From Chiloscyllium plagiosum (Eukaryota): a stretch of 61,393 nt of DNA. The position numbers were made by a program, and so were the translations under genes. The stretch spans positions 10,432,911-10,494,303 of the forward strand of contig NC_057756.1 in NCBI RefSeq assembly GCF_004010195.1, read 5' to 3'. The notes below the pieces were generated by a model. That model saw nothing but the letters and a program-made list of their open reading frames with translations, ran no database searches and was not told the DNA's origin. Shown here piece after piece: positions 1 to 15,300 of this stretch (position 1 is its first letter; each line of letters begins with the position of its first letter).

Positions 1-303
1 CCAGGGATGTGCAGGTTAGGGTGGATTGGCCATGGGAAATTGTCCCATAGTGTCCAGGGATGTGCAGGTTAGGGTGGATTGGCCATGGGAAATGGTCCCA
101 TAGTGCTCAGGGATGTGCAGGTTAGGGTGGATTGGCCATGGGAAATGGTCCCATCGTGTCCAGGGGATGTTCCGTTTACGTGTGTTTGCGCTGGGGAAAT
201 GCGAGGTTATGGGGTTGGGGCGTTTCTGGATGGGATACTGTTCAAAGTGTCAGTGTGGACATGATGGGGTGAATGGCCTGTTTCCACTCTGTAGGGATTC
301 TAT
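1..303 (+). mobile_element. HE1/V-SINE 3' part with an internal 53-bp tandem repeat (3 copies)
   Basis: gatgtgcaggttagggtggattggccatg units starting near 1, 54 and 107; tail ggcctgtttccactctgtagggattctatga. Confidence 0.8.
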
Positions 304-337
304 GATCGATATTGACACTGATCTATCTCTTCCACAG

Positions 338-361
338 GGGATGAATTACCTCCCGGCTTGA
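338..361 (+). CDS. 24-nt micro-exon (G)DELPPGL
   Basis: ctcttccacag|GGGATGAATTACCTCCCGGCTTGA|gtaagt; TGAC branch-like A at -23. Confidence 0.8.
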   Translation, partial: GMNYLPA

Positions 362-3300
362 GTAAGTTTGGATTTATTCAGTCTCGCTGAAATTAGCTCC
401 CTAAGTTGAGCATTGTAAAGCAGCCCGAATCTGTAAACACAACTTCCCTTCTCTACATTATTCAAATACTCACCTCCACTCAATCATATGTCAGCAAATT
501 GCTTACTGCGTTGATTTTGCCTTTTTGATATTAATTATTTTCTTCCGACAAATGTCATAAAAATCTCTGCACCCCACTGAAGTAGCTTATGCTGTCGATC
601 AAGAAAAACTTTTAATGTTGAGATATTTGTATCTCACGCATTTCGAATTTAAGAACTGGGAGCAGGAACCCTACCCCTTACAGATTCCCCTCTGAGCCCC
701 TCACCATCCTGACTTGGAAAATATCACCGTTCCTTCAGTGCCGATGGGTCAGAATCCTAGAACTCCCTCCTGAAGGGTGTTTGTGGGTCTGTCTACAGCT
801 CACGGACTGCAGCAGTTCAAGAAGGCAGCTCACCCCAACTTCTCAAGGTGTAATTGGGGATGAACAACAAATTCTGGGCCCAGTCCGTGACACCCACATC
901 ATGTCGATGAATTTTACAAGAATTGATCACACTTACAGTCAGATGAATACATGGTGCAGAGGTGAACGTGTCGGGATCTGCACTGACTGTTCTGAAATAT
1001 TCAAATCCTATAGATCTTGTGTCACAAACATTAACATAAATTATTCTCTTTCACAGCAGGTGGAAAAACTGGGGGCAAAGGTAAATATTTTAACTCAGGT
1101 GTTTAATTCTGTTGAATTTTGATGTACATGCCTCATCATAAAGACTAATGATGGTCCCTTGAAGTTCAATTCTTTCCAATATCTCACGGTTCAATCATAT
1201 TGGTTTATACATTTATAACATCTTCATATGGAGCATGTAATATTCTCTGGTTAAGCACAGCAGGTCAGGCAGCATCCGTGGAGCAGGAGAATAGATGTTT
1301 TAGGCATAAACCTGATGAAGAGCTTATGCCCAAAATGTTGACTCTCCTGCTCCTGGGATTCTGCCTGACCTGCTGTGCTTTTCCAGCACCACGCTCTCAA
1401 CTCTGAGCCAGGTTCCTATCCACAGAGCAGGACGAGCAGCTGAACATTGGGAACGACACCATCAGTTCTGGCTCTCTCTCCCCTTATACGGGTCATTTCC
1501 TCTTGGAATGAGAGGCAGGGAGTGATTGAAAGAGATGGCTGAGGGTAGTACAGTTGGAAAAGGTTGGGAGGAGTGGAGGGGGGCAAGGTGCTCTGAGTGA
1601 GTGAGTAGGCAGAGTGGGGCTTGTCATGTGTAGTGGAGCGGTGTGGAGGTGCAGTCTTTGGTCTGGTGCCGGGGTGGGGAACCTGTGGCCCTTAGACCAT
1701 TGCGTGTGGCCTTTTGAATGAATCCAAATTTTGCAGAACAGATCTTTTATTTTTTATTAATATGGTTTTTCATTCTTTATTATTTTTATTTTAATCTTAA
1801 AATGAATGTGTTTAAAATGAGAGTAAAAAAAATTTCAACGAAATAATCCTCACAGACTGACCGCCACAATTAAAAAATTGGTAAGTCATAAGGGCTATTT
1901 CAACATCTGCTATGCTCATGATTTAGTTATAATGCAACTCTAGAATGTATGTTGTCTTCCCCGCCTGACTGGCGCCACTATTGCCTGAGGCTGGTTGGCG
2001 AGAGCCTGTGGGTATCCAGTATGCCAGTGTTTATCAACTTATGACAACAGTGCACATGGCTTTCCATTTGAAGTGAAATTTGGGAATAGTTACACAGTCT
2101 AACTGTATCAACATTTATATAATTGAAGTTTCTTGGATGCGTCCTCTCTCACAAGGATTTTAGTGAGTCCCTCTCTCAGCTCTCCTCCTCCCTCTACAAG
2201 GATCTCAGTGAGTCTCTCTCTCACTGCACTTCCCAGATCATCTACCAGCGCCCCTCCCCCAAATTTCCTCCCCACTGCCTTTTATCTCGGCCCGCTTGGC
2301 ACACCAGACTCATTCCTGAAGAAGGGCTTATGCCCGAAATGTCGATTCTCCTGCTCCTCGGATGCTGCCTGGCCTGCTGTGTTTTTCCAGCACCGCATTT
2401 TTTGGCTGTGGCCTTATTAGATAACAACTAACATAATGTGGTCTTCCAACATGAAAAGGTTCCTCACCTCTGGTCTGGTGAATGAGGGAATTAGTTACAT
2501 GAGACTCTGAGAAAGGCAGAGCACGGGCCTTGGTGGGATGGGTGTGAGAGATGGGGCGAGCGCGAGGTATCGTAGCACTGATAGTGGCACAGAGCGGCGA
2601 GGGTCATTGCCCTTCTTCCGAAAACGGCAGCCATTTCTCTGCAGTGTGAATATTGCACTGACCCAAGTGCCAACCTTGGACCAGAGTGGCAGGGTCTGTT
2701 GGTCTCATGGGCAGTGAGGGGGTCTCTCTCTCTCTCACCCTATCCACCCGGACCTGATTAATTTTGAAAGGAAGTAATGAAATCTGTAATCTGTTGATCA
2801 TTGTCGATGTATTCACTGTGGTATACTGTTCTATGTTCTACTTTCAATTAATTCTCCGGAGACAATGTTAACATGAGCTAATCTCTTCTATAGGAGGGCT
2901 GTTACGTCCCAGCTTCGGTGAGAATACCCACTCAAATTCTTCAATCCTGCTTGATATAATTCTTCAATTTGATTGTGATTCTGTTGTCACAGTCCATAAT
3001 CAAATGTCCTTTCATCAGAGTATTGCAGTACACACTACCATTCATTTGTGTGCTAAAGCACTGCTAAGTCTGTGAATTTTTAATATCGGTGAAGAAATAT
3101 TCTTCAAACAACTCCGTGCAAATCTCCTTAATATTGCTGAAAAACCCTGCATTGTGTGGAAACTTTTCATCTTGCATTCATCAGGATATTTTGCAAGAAA
3201 GCAATTTCAAGAGGAGGACCAACATTGGTTGGTTCAGTTGCAGATCCTGATTGATAGACGTATTGCCATGGACGCATGATTATTGGCAACTCAACAAATT

Positions 3301-6300
3301 CAACCAACCTTGAAAGATAGAGAATGCCTGTCAACCACTCTCCTGCAATGTTAATATTGGTTTTGTTCTCGAGTTTGCATTCTTGCAAAATGTCCAGATG
3401 AGTGCATCTTTTTTCAACAATATTCAGGTTTTGCGTCTACCCAATTACAATTTGCAAATCTCTTTGTTGCTGTGGAGAACCTGAAGCTGTTGATTTTAGG
3501 AAATACTTTAGTCAGAGAATTTACACAAATCAAATGTGAAACACCTCATAGAATTGGCAATGACATATTATTATGGGATATGAGTCCTTCAGAGTAGCCT
3601 CAGCTGGTGAGGGGAATTGAACTCACAATGCTGGCATCCCTCTATGTCGCAAACTAGGCATCTAACAAACTGCGTTGATTTAAAGTGTCAACGTTATTGA
3701 CAGTGCTGGAAATTAAGCCATTACTCCCGTGGACCTGATGTTATACCTGCTTGGAAAACAAAATGTTACTTTCAGCTGTGAGACTCAGAGATATTTTCCA
3801 AACAATGGTTGAGAGATGCATAAGTTGAGGTTGGATCAATAATTGTATTATTTTAATTAATCACAAATAATTAATTATGGATGTTTGAATTGTCGAATAT
3901 GTTAATAAAACTGAGAGCAAATATGTGACTGGTAAAACAAAAGAATGTAAATTAGATTATTAGGGCTCAAGTTATTTATAAAGGAAACACCCGCTTGTAA
4001 TTGATGCTGAACTGACTGTATGAATTGATACACTAGTTCTCTGGAAGTATATATTTCTTTCAATTGAATTGTCAATTTCCGGTGCCAGCAATGTTAACAT
4101 AAATCCATCTCTTCCACAGGAGGGAAAAGACCATCTAGATTGGGTAAATATATTTTGTTAGTTGTTTAGATGTCCTGATTTATGTACTGATCTTGTTTTG
4201 AGCATGATAAGGTAACCACAATCTGTCAAAACATATCCTTTCATTCCATCATTGTAATGTTCAATGATGTTCATTCATGTGTGAAAATATTATCAACTGT
4301 GTTAACATCAGTGAGGAAATAATACAATTATATCCTGCAGTTTGTGCCACTACAAATCTTGTATTTGACTCGACAGCCACCTGATGAGGGAGCAGCGCTT
4401 CGAAAGCTAGTGATTCCAATTAAACCTGTTGGACTATAATCTGGTGTTGTGTGATTTTTAACTTTGTACTTGACTCACAATTGTTGGTTTGGCAAATATT
4501 TTAATATACATTATTTTAATAAAATCATTTGAAACAAATTGCTGACAGTTATATACTTAGAGAATACATTCTCCAGTGGCAGTTTAGAGAGACATTAAAA
4601 ACTGTATGTCCAGTGGTTTAACCATTAAACAGATCTGAATCAAGATTTTAAAAATAGGGAACGTGATGACTTCTCCTGCCTTTTATTGAAGCAGAACAGG
4701 TTTGTATTCCCTGTCACACATTTCTGAACAGGGAACCTTCTCCTCGTTGTCTATCCTCTTAACATAACTGAAGGCATCGCTGACTATTAATAACTACATG
4801 TTGAATAGACTACGTCAGATGTTATTTCAACAACCACTCTCATTGCAACAAGAAACACAAGGGTTTCCTTTTCACAGCCATTAGGATGTGTTTAATGTAG
4901 ACAGAAATGAATTCTTGAAAAATAAATGGAACTGTTGAATGCAATGAGCAAGAATTCAAATGAGAATGATCGATTGTTTTAATCTATCAATATTGTTTGG
5001 TGTATTGAAAATTATTCTGCTGCGCCCTTTGCTCAGATGTTATATGTTAGAACGAAAGCAGAACTGAGAAATATTTACAGATAGACATTAGTTTGAGACC
5101 TTGATATGTAATCCAGAAAATGAATGGAAGGTGAATGTGATGAAGTAACAAGTGTGTCAGTTATGTTGATGAATATAAATTATCACCCATTCTGTCCAGT
5201 ATTGCTGCATGTGTCAGGGCTCTGCATTGATTATGTTAAAATCTCCAATTCCAATTGATCCCTGTCAAGGGTAGTGACACCAATCTATTCATTCCACAGG
5301 AACTGGGAAATTTCCTAGACCCGGTAAGTATTTTATTTCATGACCTGAATTCTGCTCAATTGTGTTACATATGCTTCACTGTAAATTATAATGGCAGTGA
5401 TTCCAAGGGACATTAATGTTCACAATTTCTGATGAAGCCGCTCATCAAATGTGAAGTTTTATGTCACTCCCCTGCCCTGATGTGTCATCATGAACCAGAT
5501 CCCAATCAGGATTGATGACCTGTTAACATGATTACTGTTCTCTCATATTGTCTTCAAACATTGAACTTTTTAGCTCAGCTCAAAAGTGACTGAATAAGTC
5601 CCTTGAGCTCCTTAATTCTCAATTGTCTAACAGAATTAATGATATCTCTGACCCATCATAGCTATTGGCTGACTGCATCAGATATGACTGGTGTTAATTT
5701 AATACTTGCTGTCATTCCTGAATGAATGTCAAGAGTTATCCTTTCAAAGCCCAACATGGAGTGTTTAATATAACCATTAATGAGGGTGATTCTTTTAAAA
5801 GGAACTATTGCATGAAACAAAGTGCAATTTAATTCAGTCGGATCATTTTAATCTGCCAATATTATTTGGTTGTTTAGACACCACATTGGGGGCCATTCAG
5901 TTCCATTGACTGGATAGTTGCATTGTAGTGCAGAGTAATGCTAACAGCGCTGGTTCAATCCCTACCCTGGCTGGGGTCACCATGGAGGTCCCATTGTTTA
6001 ACCTCTCCAGCTGCCTGAGGGATTGTGACCGTACAACACTAGTTAGTTCTCTGTCCCAATCTCTGTCTAATGATAGAGTAGCCCGATGACCCTCTGGGGC
6101 AGTAGTGACTTCACTCCCTTTGAACAGGTGCAGTGAGTTATATAGTAAAAGTGTCTGATACGTATTTGCTGATAGTCTTTGGTTTGAGACCATGATATAC
6201 AATCCAGAAAATGAATGAAAGCTAAATATGATAAAGTAAAAAGTGTATCGGTTCTGATATTGAATAAAATGATCACACATGCAGTCTAGGATTGCTGAAT

Positions 6301-9300
6301 GTGTCAGGGCTCTGCATTGATTCTGTTAAAGTCCGCAAATCCTGCAGGATATGAGCACCAATCTATACATTCCACAGGGGTTCAGAGATCTCCTGTACCT
6401 GATCACTGTTTCAATTCTATGACACCAAATTTGCACAGTTTTGTCATATCACTGTACATTCTAAAGGCAGTAATTCCAAGGGACAGAAATGTTCGCAAAA
6501 CCCCAGCACAATTCAATTATCTTGATCATCCCATAGCTCATTCCCATTCATTTTCTGTGTTAGAAATAGATAAGTGTCTGCTTATTATGTCTTAAATATT
6601 AATGAAATGAATTAATATCGAGTGGGCATATTTGTGGTACCCAAAACTGTCATTCTAAAACATCTATGCATTCAATGAATTCATTTTATGACATCTAAAT
6701 AGATCATTCTGAATTACAATATATGTCGTAAAATGAATCTAATCACTCAAGATTACATTTAATCCCAAGAAGTGACTTAATGTATTGACCTGTCCTGCTC
6801 TGAGGTGACTGTTAACCAGGACACAGTCAATATCTATTGTATAATACAATAGCTATTCATTCACATATGGTAGCTGAACACTAAAAATGTATTAATTGTG
6901 ATGCAGGCTTTAAGGTAGGGAGAGAGATTTTTTACAGGAGCTGATTAATCCTTTTTTTCCTCATTTAAAAGCTTTGGAAACATCCGGTATCCCTATGCAA
7001 TGCTGTCTCCAGGTTTTATTTCATTTGGATCATGTCAATCAATGCAACAATTGTGTTGACATACCTGTCTTTAATTAATGTTTCAATTTCCAATGGACAC
7101 AATGTTAATACAGATCCTCTCTCCCACAAATGCATTCATAACATGCGATTCTTTCGCTTGACAGTGATAATTCCATTCCAATCTCTGAACAAATATCACA
7201 TCAATACACCTTTGCAATATTGATTGTCATTCATTCCTGTGTTTCAACACTATTTACTGTGTACATTTCCTACTGGGAAGGAAGTGATTAAACCAATTAT
7301 ACCATTCTCTTGGTAAGTATCTTAACTCCACCTGGAAAGCAAAAACTGGTCGTTTTGGCAAATTGTTTCGTTCAGAGAATTTCTGTCCCACATTTTTGCA
7401 TAGTTTGTTCAACAACATGAATTTGGAGTGTCACTTTGTGTGGACTGTTTGACTTGAGGGAAAGGTGAAATTGTTCATCAAATTTGAAATGCTATGTTCC
7501 TCTCCTGCCCTGAGGTGTGATCACTAAACAAATCCCAATTAGATTTAAAACATGAGAGATTTAAAATAAAAGCTGAGAGAGGCCAATATCCCATCACCAA
7601 GTTACCCTTTATTTACATGTGCACAGTACATGGGCTCTGACAAGCCAGCTCAGAGCCACTGGCTAGAATTAGGAGAGTCTCTGAATCCCCTGTTTTTTTT
7701 AATATATTAACCCCCACACTACCACCTAAGTGCGGTAGTGCTTATTTTTTCCTCAGCACCCATGGTGTGTGTGTGCAGGTGTGAGACACAGTGAAAGTCA
7801 CAAAGTGCACAAATCTTTATTCAATTTCCACCACCAGGAAGATAGGAAAACACCCGGGTGGCCAGTGACAAACACTGCCCTTCACATCAGAGGGCAATGC
7901 TGTGTGATCAAAACAGTGAAGGGGAGGGGAGGGACTAAATCAAAATAAATCCCCTGTTTATATCTGTCAGTGTGGGTTACCTGATTGAACAGTTTAACGA
8001 GCCCAATCAAGAGTCTCATAGTTAATGAGATCAATTTGGCCTTCTAGCCAACCACTATAGATTGTCTTCAGATATTTACCATCTGTAAGTTGTGTCATAC
8101 ATGACTAAAAATATACCAAAGTGTTGCCTGAGCTCCTTAGGCATCTACCCTCTAACAGAGCTAAATGTATTTCTGGCCCTTAATAGTTATTGGCTGAACA
8201 CATCAAATGTGACTGATGTTAATTTAACAGTGGCCATCATTCTAAAGGATTCAACAAGGATTTTCTGCTCACAGTTAATAGGAAGTGTTAATAAAGACAG
8301 AAACGAGGCTAATTTTTCAAAATGGAACTGTTGAATGCAATGACGGTGGCTCAGTGGTTAGCACTGCTGCCTCACAGCGCCAGGGACGCATGTTCGATTC
8401 CAGCCTCGGGTGACTGTCTGTGTGGAGTTTGCACATTCTCCCCGTGTCTGCGTGGGTTTCCTCCGGGTGCTCCGGTTTCCTCCCACAGTCCAAAGATGTG
8501 CAGGTCAGGTGAATTGACCATGCTAAATTACCCATAGTCTTAAGTGCATTAGTCAGAGGAAATGGGTCTGGGTGGTTTACTCTTCGGAGGGTCGGTGTTG
8601 ACTTGTTGGGCAGAAGGGCCTGTTTACACACAGTTGGGAATCTTATCTAAAGACGGAAAAGTCAATCTATGATGTATCATTTTAATCAGTAAATATCATT
8701 TGACGTATTGGCTATTATGGAGTTCCATTCTTTGAACAGGTATCATATGTTAGAAGAAAAAGAATTGACTGATCAAAATTTACTAGTAGCCTTCAGCTTG
8801 AGACCTTGATATATAATCGGGAAAATCATTGAAGATGAATTTGATGAGGTAACAAGTGTATCAGATACATTGTTGAATTAAGTTATCACATCACACGATA
8901 TTATTGAATGTGCCAGACTCTGCATTAATTCTGTTATAATACCCAAATTCAATTGTTCCCTAAAGAGGATATTAACCCAAACCTGTTCATTCCACAGGAG
9001 CTGGACTATCTCCAGGACCTGGTAATTATTTTATTCATGACCTGATTGTTGCTCAATTATTTGTTTAATGTTTAATTCTAAATTATAATGGCTGTAATTC
9101 TCAGGGACAGAAATGTTCACAAAACCCCAGCACACTCAAATGATGTAGACCATTCCCAGTCCATTGACATCATTTGCATGTGTTAAGAATTATGTAAGTA
9201 ACACTTTATTATATCCTAAATATTAACCAAAATAATTAGCACATTGACACAAATATACAGTATCCAAATTGTAGTTCTATGAATTGAATGAACTAATTTT

Positions 9301-12300
9301 ATTATATTTTAATAGACTATGCAGAATTACCACATGCATTGCAAATGAATTTGGTTACAAAAGATTAAATTTAATCCCAAAAATTGACTGAACATCTAAA
9401 TGTTTCTGTTGTGCCCTGAGGTGTGATTGTTAACCAGATCACTGTCAACATCTATTGTATAACACAATAACTGTTCATTCGTATGTGGGATGAACATTCG
9501 AACGGTATTAGTTATGATCCAGGTTTTTGGGCAGCGACAGAATTTTTGCAGGAACTGATTTATCTGCATTTTCCGAATTAAAAAGCATTGGAAACATCTG
9601 GTATCCCTCTGAAATGTTGCTTCCAGATTTGACTTCATATCACACCAGTCAATGCAGCAATTATGTCGATGCATCTATTTTTAATTAATGTTTCAATTTT
9701 CAATCTGAACACAAATCCTTCTCTCTCCCAAGAGTGACAATACCTTCTGCTTTGAGTAATATCCATTCATTTTCTCCATTCAGGACATGGGATTCTCAGT
9801 TTGAATATCATGCCAATCTGTGAACAAATATCACTCAGTACATCATTGAAAAACTGAATGCCATTCATTCCTGTATTCCAGCACCATAAACTGTGTGCAT
9901 TTCCTGTTGTCAACACTGGGGAAGGAAACACTTCCACCATTTATTTTGGCAAGAATCTTAAGACAAAGGCTTTATTCTACCCAAGGGGCTGCACAGTGGC
10001 TCAGTGGTTAGCATTGCTGCTTCATGGCGCCAGGTACCCAGGTTTGATTCCCGCCTTGGGTGACTGTCTGTGTGGAGTTTGCACATTCTCCCTGTATCTG
10101 CGTGGGTTTCCTCCCACAATCCAAAGATGTGCTGGTCAGGTGAATTGGCCATGCTAAATTGTCCCATTGGTGCATTAGTCAGGAGTAAATGTAAGGTGGG
10201 GAAATAGGTCTGGGTGGGTTGCTCTTCGGAGGGTCAGTGTGGACTGGTTGGGCCAAATGGCCTGTTTCCATACTGTAGGGCATCTAATCTAAAAACTGCT
10301 TATTTCAGGAAATCTTTTAATTCAGAAAAAATGGCTGCCAACAAATTTGCACAGTTCATTCTCCAGTGAAAAGTATGAGTGTCTCTTTGCGTGGACACAT
10401 TGATTAGATTAGATTACATTACATTACAGTGTGGAAACAGGCCCTTCGGCCCAACAAGTCCACACCGACCCGCCGAAGCGCAACCCACCCATACCCCTAC
10501 ATTTACCCTTTACCTAACACTACGGGCAACTTAGCATGGCCAATTCACCTGACCTGCACATCTTTGGACTGTGGGAGGAAACCGGAGCACCCGGAGGAAA
10601 CCCACGCAGACCCGGGGAGAACGTGCAAACTCCACACAGTCAGTTGCCTGAGGCGGGAGTTGAACCCGGGTCTCTGGCGCTGTGAGGCAGCAGTGCTAAC
10701 CACTGTGCCACCGTGCCGCCCGCTATGTGTTGATATGAAGGAAAGTTGAAATTGTTCATCACATTTAAAATTACATGTTATACCCCTGCCCTGAGGTGAT
10801 CAATAGCCAGAACCCAATTAGGATTGACAATCTGTTAATGTGTTTACTGTTCTCTGCCACTGTCTTCAGACATTTATCATCCATAGATCATGTTGTACAT
10901 GACTAAACATGTAAAGACGTGTTCCCGAAACTCCTTAGTCGCTACCCTCTAAAAGAACTATATCTCTGGTCCTTAAGAATGACTGGCTAATCACATCAAA
11001 TGCAGCTAATGTTAATTTAATAATGACTATCATTCCTATGTGAAGAACAAGGAATTCCTGCTCAGAGTTAATAGGAAGAGTTAATGAAGACAGGAATGGA
11101 GCTGAGTTTTCAAAATGGAACTGTTTAATGCAATGAGGGAGAATGAATCTATTTTTAATCTTAATCGGTCAATATCATTGTGTGTATCATTGCTATCATG
11201 AGGCTCCATCCTTTGTTCAGGTGTAATAAGCTGAAGGAAAATAGCTTGAGAACTTTATTTATAGTCCAGAAAAAAGAATGAAAGATGAAAGTAATGAATT
11301 TTGTGCAATTCTGGTCTTCTGCTATGTATTGCAAAGGAATCTTTTCACAAAAGATTAAATTTAATCCCCACAGTGATTTAACAGATAAATGTTTTTGTCA
11401 TGCCCTGGGGTGATTATTAACCTGACCACAGTCAACATCTATTGTATCACGCAATAACTGTTCATTCGTGTGGGCGATAAACACTGGAAATGCATTAGTT
11501 ATGATCCAGGCTTTTGGGAAGGGAGAGAATTTTTACAGGTACTGGTCAATCTGCATATTCCTAATTGAAAATAATTTGAAACATCAGATATCTCTATGAA
11601 GTGCTGCCCCCAGGTTTTCCTTCATTCAGATCATGTCAATCAATGGAGCAATTGTGTTGACATATTGGTTTTTAATTAATGTTTCAATTTTCACATGACA
11701 CAATGTTACCACAAATCCTTCTCTCTCCCATGACTGCATTCAGAACACGAGATTCTTTAGTTTGAACATGACAATTGCATCTCAATCTGTGAACAAATAT
11801 CACATCAGTACATCATTACAGTATTAATTGCCATTTATTTCTGTGTTCCAACATAATTAATTGTGTGCAGTTCATGTTGTCAAAGCTAGTAAGGAAGCAG
11901 TTACAACTCTTTCTTGGCAAAAATCTCAAGACAAGTGTCTTAATTTCAATCAAGATTTAGAAACTGTTCATTTTGGCAAATTTGTTTCCTTCTGAAAATT
12001 GTGTGCCTCACATATTTGCATAGTTCATTCAAAAATATGAATTAAGAGTTTCACTCTGTGTGGGCGCATTGATTTACAGGAAGGGTGAAATTGTTCATCA
12101 AATTTGAAATTATATGTTATGTTATATGTTATATGTTACTCCCCTGTGTGCTCATCAGCCAGATCCCAAATAGGATCGGAGACCTGCTAAAGTGATTAAA
12201 AACTGAGAGAAGTGTGGATGCTGTTTGTCAGAAACAGAAACAGAAGTTGCTGGAAAAGCTCAGCAGGTCTGGTAGCATCTGTGATTCCTGAAAAAGGGCT

Positions 12301-15300
12301 TATGCCCGAAACGTCGATTCTCCTGTTCCTTGGATGCTGCCTGACCTGCTGCGCTTTTCCAGCAACACATTTTCAGCTCTGTGGAGGGAAACCAGAGTCA
12401 ACGTTTCTAGTCCAGTGATCCTTCCTCAGAGCTGTTAATATGGTCACTGTTCTCTCTCATTGTCTGAAGACAATTAACATCTGTAGCTTATGTCAGTCAT
12501 GACCAAACGTGTACAGAAGTGTTTCCCGAGCTCCTGAATCATCTATCCTCTAACAGAACTAAAGGTATTTCTGCCACTTAGTAACTATTGGCTGAATATA
12601 TACTTAATTGTTAATTTAACAGTTACCATCATTCCTATATGAACAACACAATTGCTCACAGTTAATAGGAAGTATTAATAAATTAGATTAGATTCTCTAC
12701 AGTGTGGAAACAGGCCCTCTAGCCCCACAGACCCTCTGAAGAGTAACCCACCCACATCCATTTGCCTCTGACTAACACTATGGGCAAATTAGCACGGCCA
12801 ATCCACCCTAACCTGCACACTGCAGGACAATTTCCCTTGGCCAACTCACCTGACCTGCACATCTTTGGGAGGAAACCGGAGCACCCGGAGGAAACCCATG
12901 CAGACACGGGGAGAATGCGCAAATTCCACACAGACAGTCACCCAAGGCTGGATTGGACCTGGGTCACTGGCGCTGTGAGCCAGCAGTGCTAACCACTGAG
13001 CCACCATGCCACCCCAAAGACAGAAATGGGACCGATTCTTCAAAGTGGACTGTTGAATAAAATGAGGGAGAACTCAATCGACTTTGGACCATTTTAATCA
13101 CTAAACATGGGTTGATATATTGTCTATAATGGTCCTCCTTCTTTTGATCAGGTATCATAGGTTAGAAGGGAAAAAAAACTGAGAAATATTTGCAGAAAGC
13201 TTGAGATCTTGATATGTATTCCAGAAAAGGAATGAAAGATAAAGTGGTGAAGTAACAAGTGTCACTATCAAGTTATTAAGAATCAGTTATGTCGTTAGAT
13301 TAAATTGTGACACAGACAAACCAATGCTAAATATGCTAGGCTCTGCATTGAATCTGTTCAAACCTCCAACTGCAACTGATCCCCCTCCAGGATATTAACA
13401 CCAATCTGTTTATTCCACAGGGGTTGGGAAATCTCCTGGACTGGGTAATTATTTCAATTCATGAGCTTAAAATTTTTCAATATTTTCATACATACTCCAT
13501 TGTAAATAGTAACAGTTGTAACTCTGAGGGACTGAAGTGTTCTCAATTTCCCTAGGACAATTCAATGCTCTACATCATCCCACAACTTGCTAACATCCTT
13601 TGTGTGTGCAAAACATGTAGAAGCATCTGATTATTATGTCCAAAATAATTGATGCAGTGTGGGCAGTCAAATTTGATTTAAATTTCTGAAATCCAAAATT
13701 CTTACTGCAGAAAATCTGTTCATTCAATGAATTCATTTTATTATGTTTAAATGGATCATCCAGCATTACCACCTCGATGGTCTGTTCACAAAAACTTATA
13801 TTTAATCACAAAATGTAACTTTGAATATAACTGATTCTGTCTTGCCCTGAGGTGTGATTGTTAACCAGACCACAGTCAAGATCTATTGTATAACACAATT
13901 ATTGTTCATTCATGTGGTCGATAAAGACTAGAAATGCATTAATCATGATGTCAGCCATTAGGCAGAAAAAAGATTTCTTACAGGAGCCAAATAATCTGCA
14001 TTTTCTTATTTTGATTAATAGTTATTCACCGAGCAATTCAAAACAACATGCAATTCAAAAGCATTGGAAACGTCAGATATCCCTATGAAAGACTGTGTCT
14101 GAGTTTTCCTTCATTCAGAATGCATCAATCAATGCACTAATTGTGTTGAAATGTCCATTTTTGATTAAAACTTAAATTTCCAATTGAGATAGTTAACACA
14201 GCAGGTCAGGCAGCATCTGAGAAGCAGGAAAATCGACGTTTCGGGCAAAAGCCTTTCGTCAAGAATGGTTCCTGATGAGCTTTTGCCCGAAACATCGATT
14301 CCCCTGCTCCTCGGTTGCTGCCTGACCTGGTGTGCTTTTCCAGCACCACTCTGATCTTGACTCTAATCTCCAGCATCTGCAGTCCTCACTTTCGCCTCAT
14401 TTTGTGTGTTGGCTGTTATGGTGCTCCTCCATTTGAACAATAAATTAGACTGAGAAATATTTGCACTCTCCCCCTGGTGATAATACCCCTGCTGGGTAAA
14501 TATATTCACTCAATTTCTTTTTGATATTTGATTCTTAGTTTAACCTTCATAATGTTGTCCCAATTCGTGTGCACATATCACATCAGTACATCATTCCTAT
14601 GCTGATTACTGTTCATTCCGACATTCCAACATCATTAACTATTTTCTATTGCCAACATTGGGAAGGAAACAATTACACCCTTTTTTTTGACAATAATCTA
14701 AGCATAAATGCCTTTCCCATTTAAGCAATTCAGAGATTTGGTTGGTTCATATTTGCATGGATCATTCTCCAGTGTGAATAATGCGTGTCACTCTGAGTGG
14801 AGGCTTTGTAATAAAGAAAAGATTAAACTACTTATCAAATTTGAAATTATATGTCACTCCCGTGCCCTGAGGTGCAATCATTAAACAGATCCCAATTATA
14901 ATTGATGACCGGTTAATATGATTACTGTTCCCTCTCATTGTCTTCAGATGCTTAATACCTGTAGGTTGTGTCAGACATGACTAAACTTGGACAGATGCTC
15001 CTTAATCATCTCTTCTCTAAAGGTATCTCTGGCTATTAATTACTATTGGCTGTACACATCAGTACAACTGATGTAAATTTAACGGTGACAATCATTTCTA
15101 TATGAACAACAAGGATTCATTCCAATTGATCCCTGTACAGGATAGTAACACCAATCTATTCAATCCACAGGAGCTGGGAAAATTCCTGGACCTGGTAATT
15201 ATTTTAATTCATGATGTTAATTTTGTTCAATTTTGTCACATATGCTTCATCACAAATTGTAAAAGTGGTAATTCTGAGGGACAGAATTATTCATAAAATC

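Larger units (their letters stand above)
4060..14460 (+). repeat. Older, more diverged tandem copies of the exon-intron module
   Basis: Recurrent motifs (cctgccctgaggtgtgatc, aaaatggaactgttgaatgcaatgag, gggctctgcattgatt, cacagtcaacatctattgtataacacaat) at roughly 1-4 kb spacing, homologous to the central cassettes. Confidence 0.85.

Noticed and set aside
1856..1880. cacag|ACTGACCGCCACAATTAAAAAATTG|gtaagt candidate exon
   Set aside because: 25 nt, TGA in the phase-1 frame and a poor pyrimidine tract. It could be a dead or poison exon but is unsupported.
3167..3388. Minus-strand 73-aa ORF in non-repeat sequence
   Set aside because: No recognisable motif, non-ATG start and no splice support.
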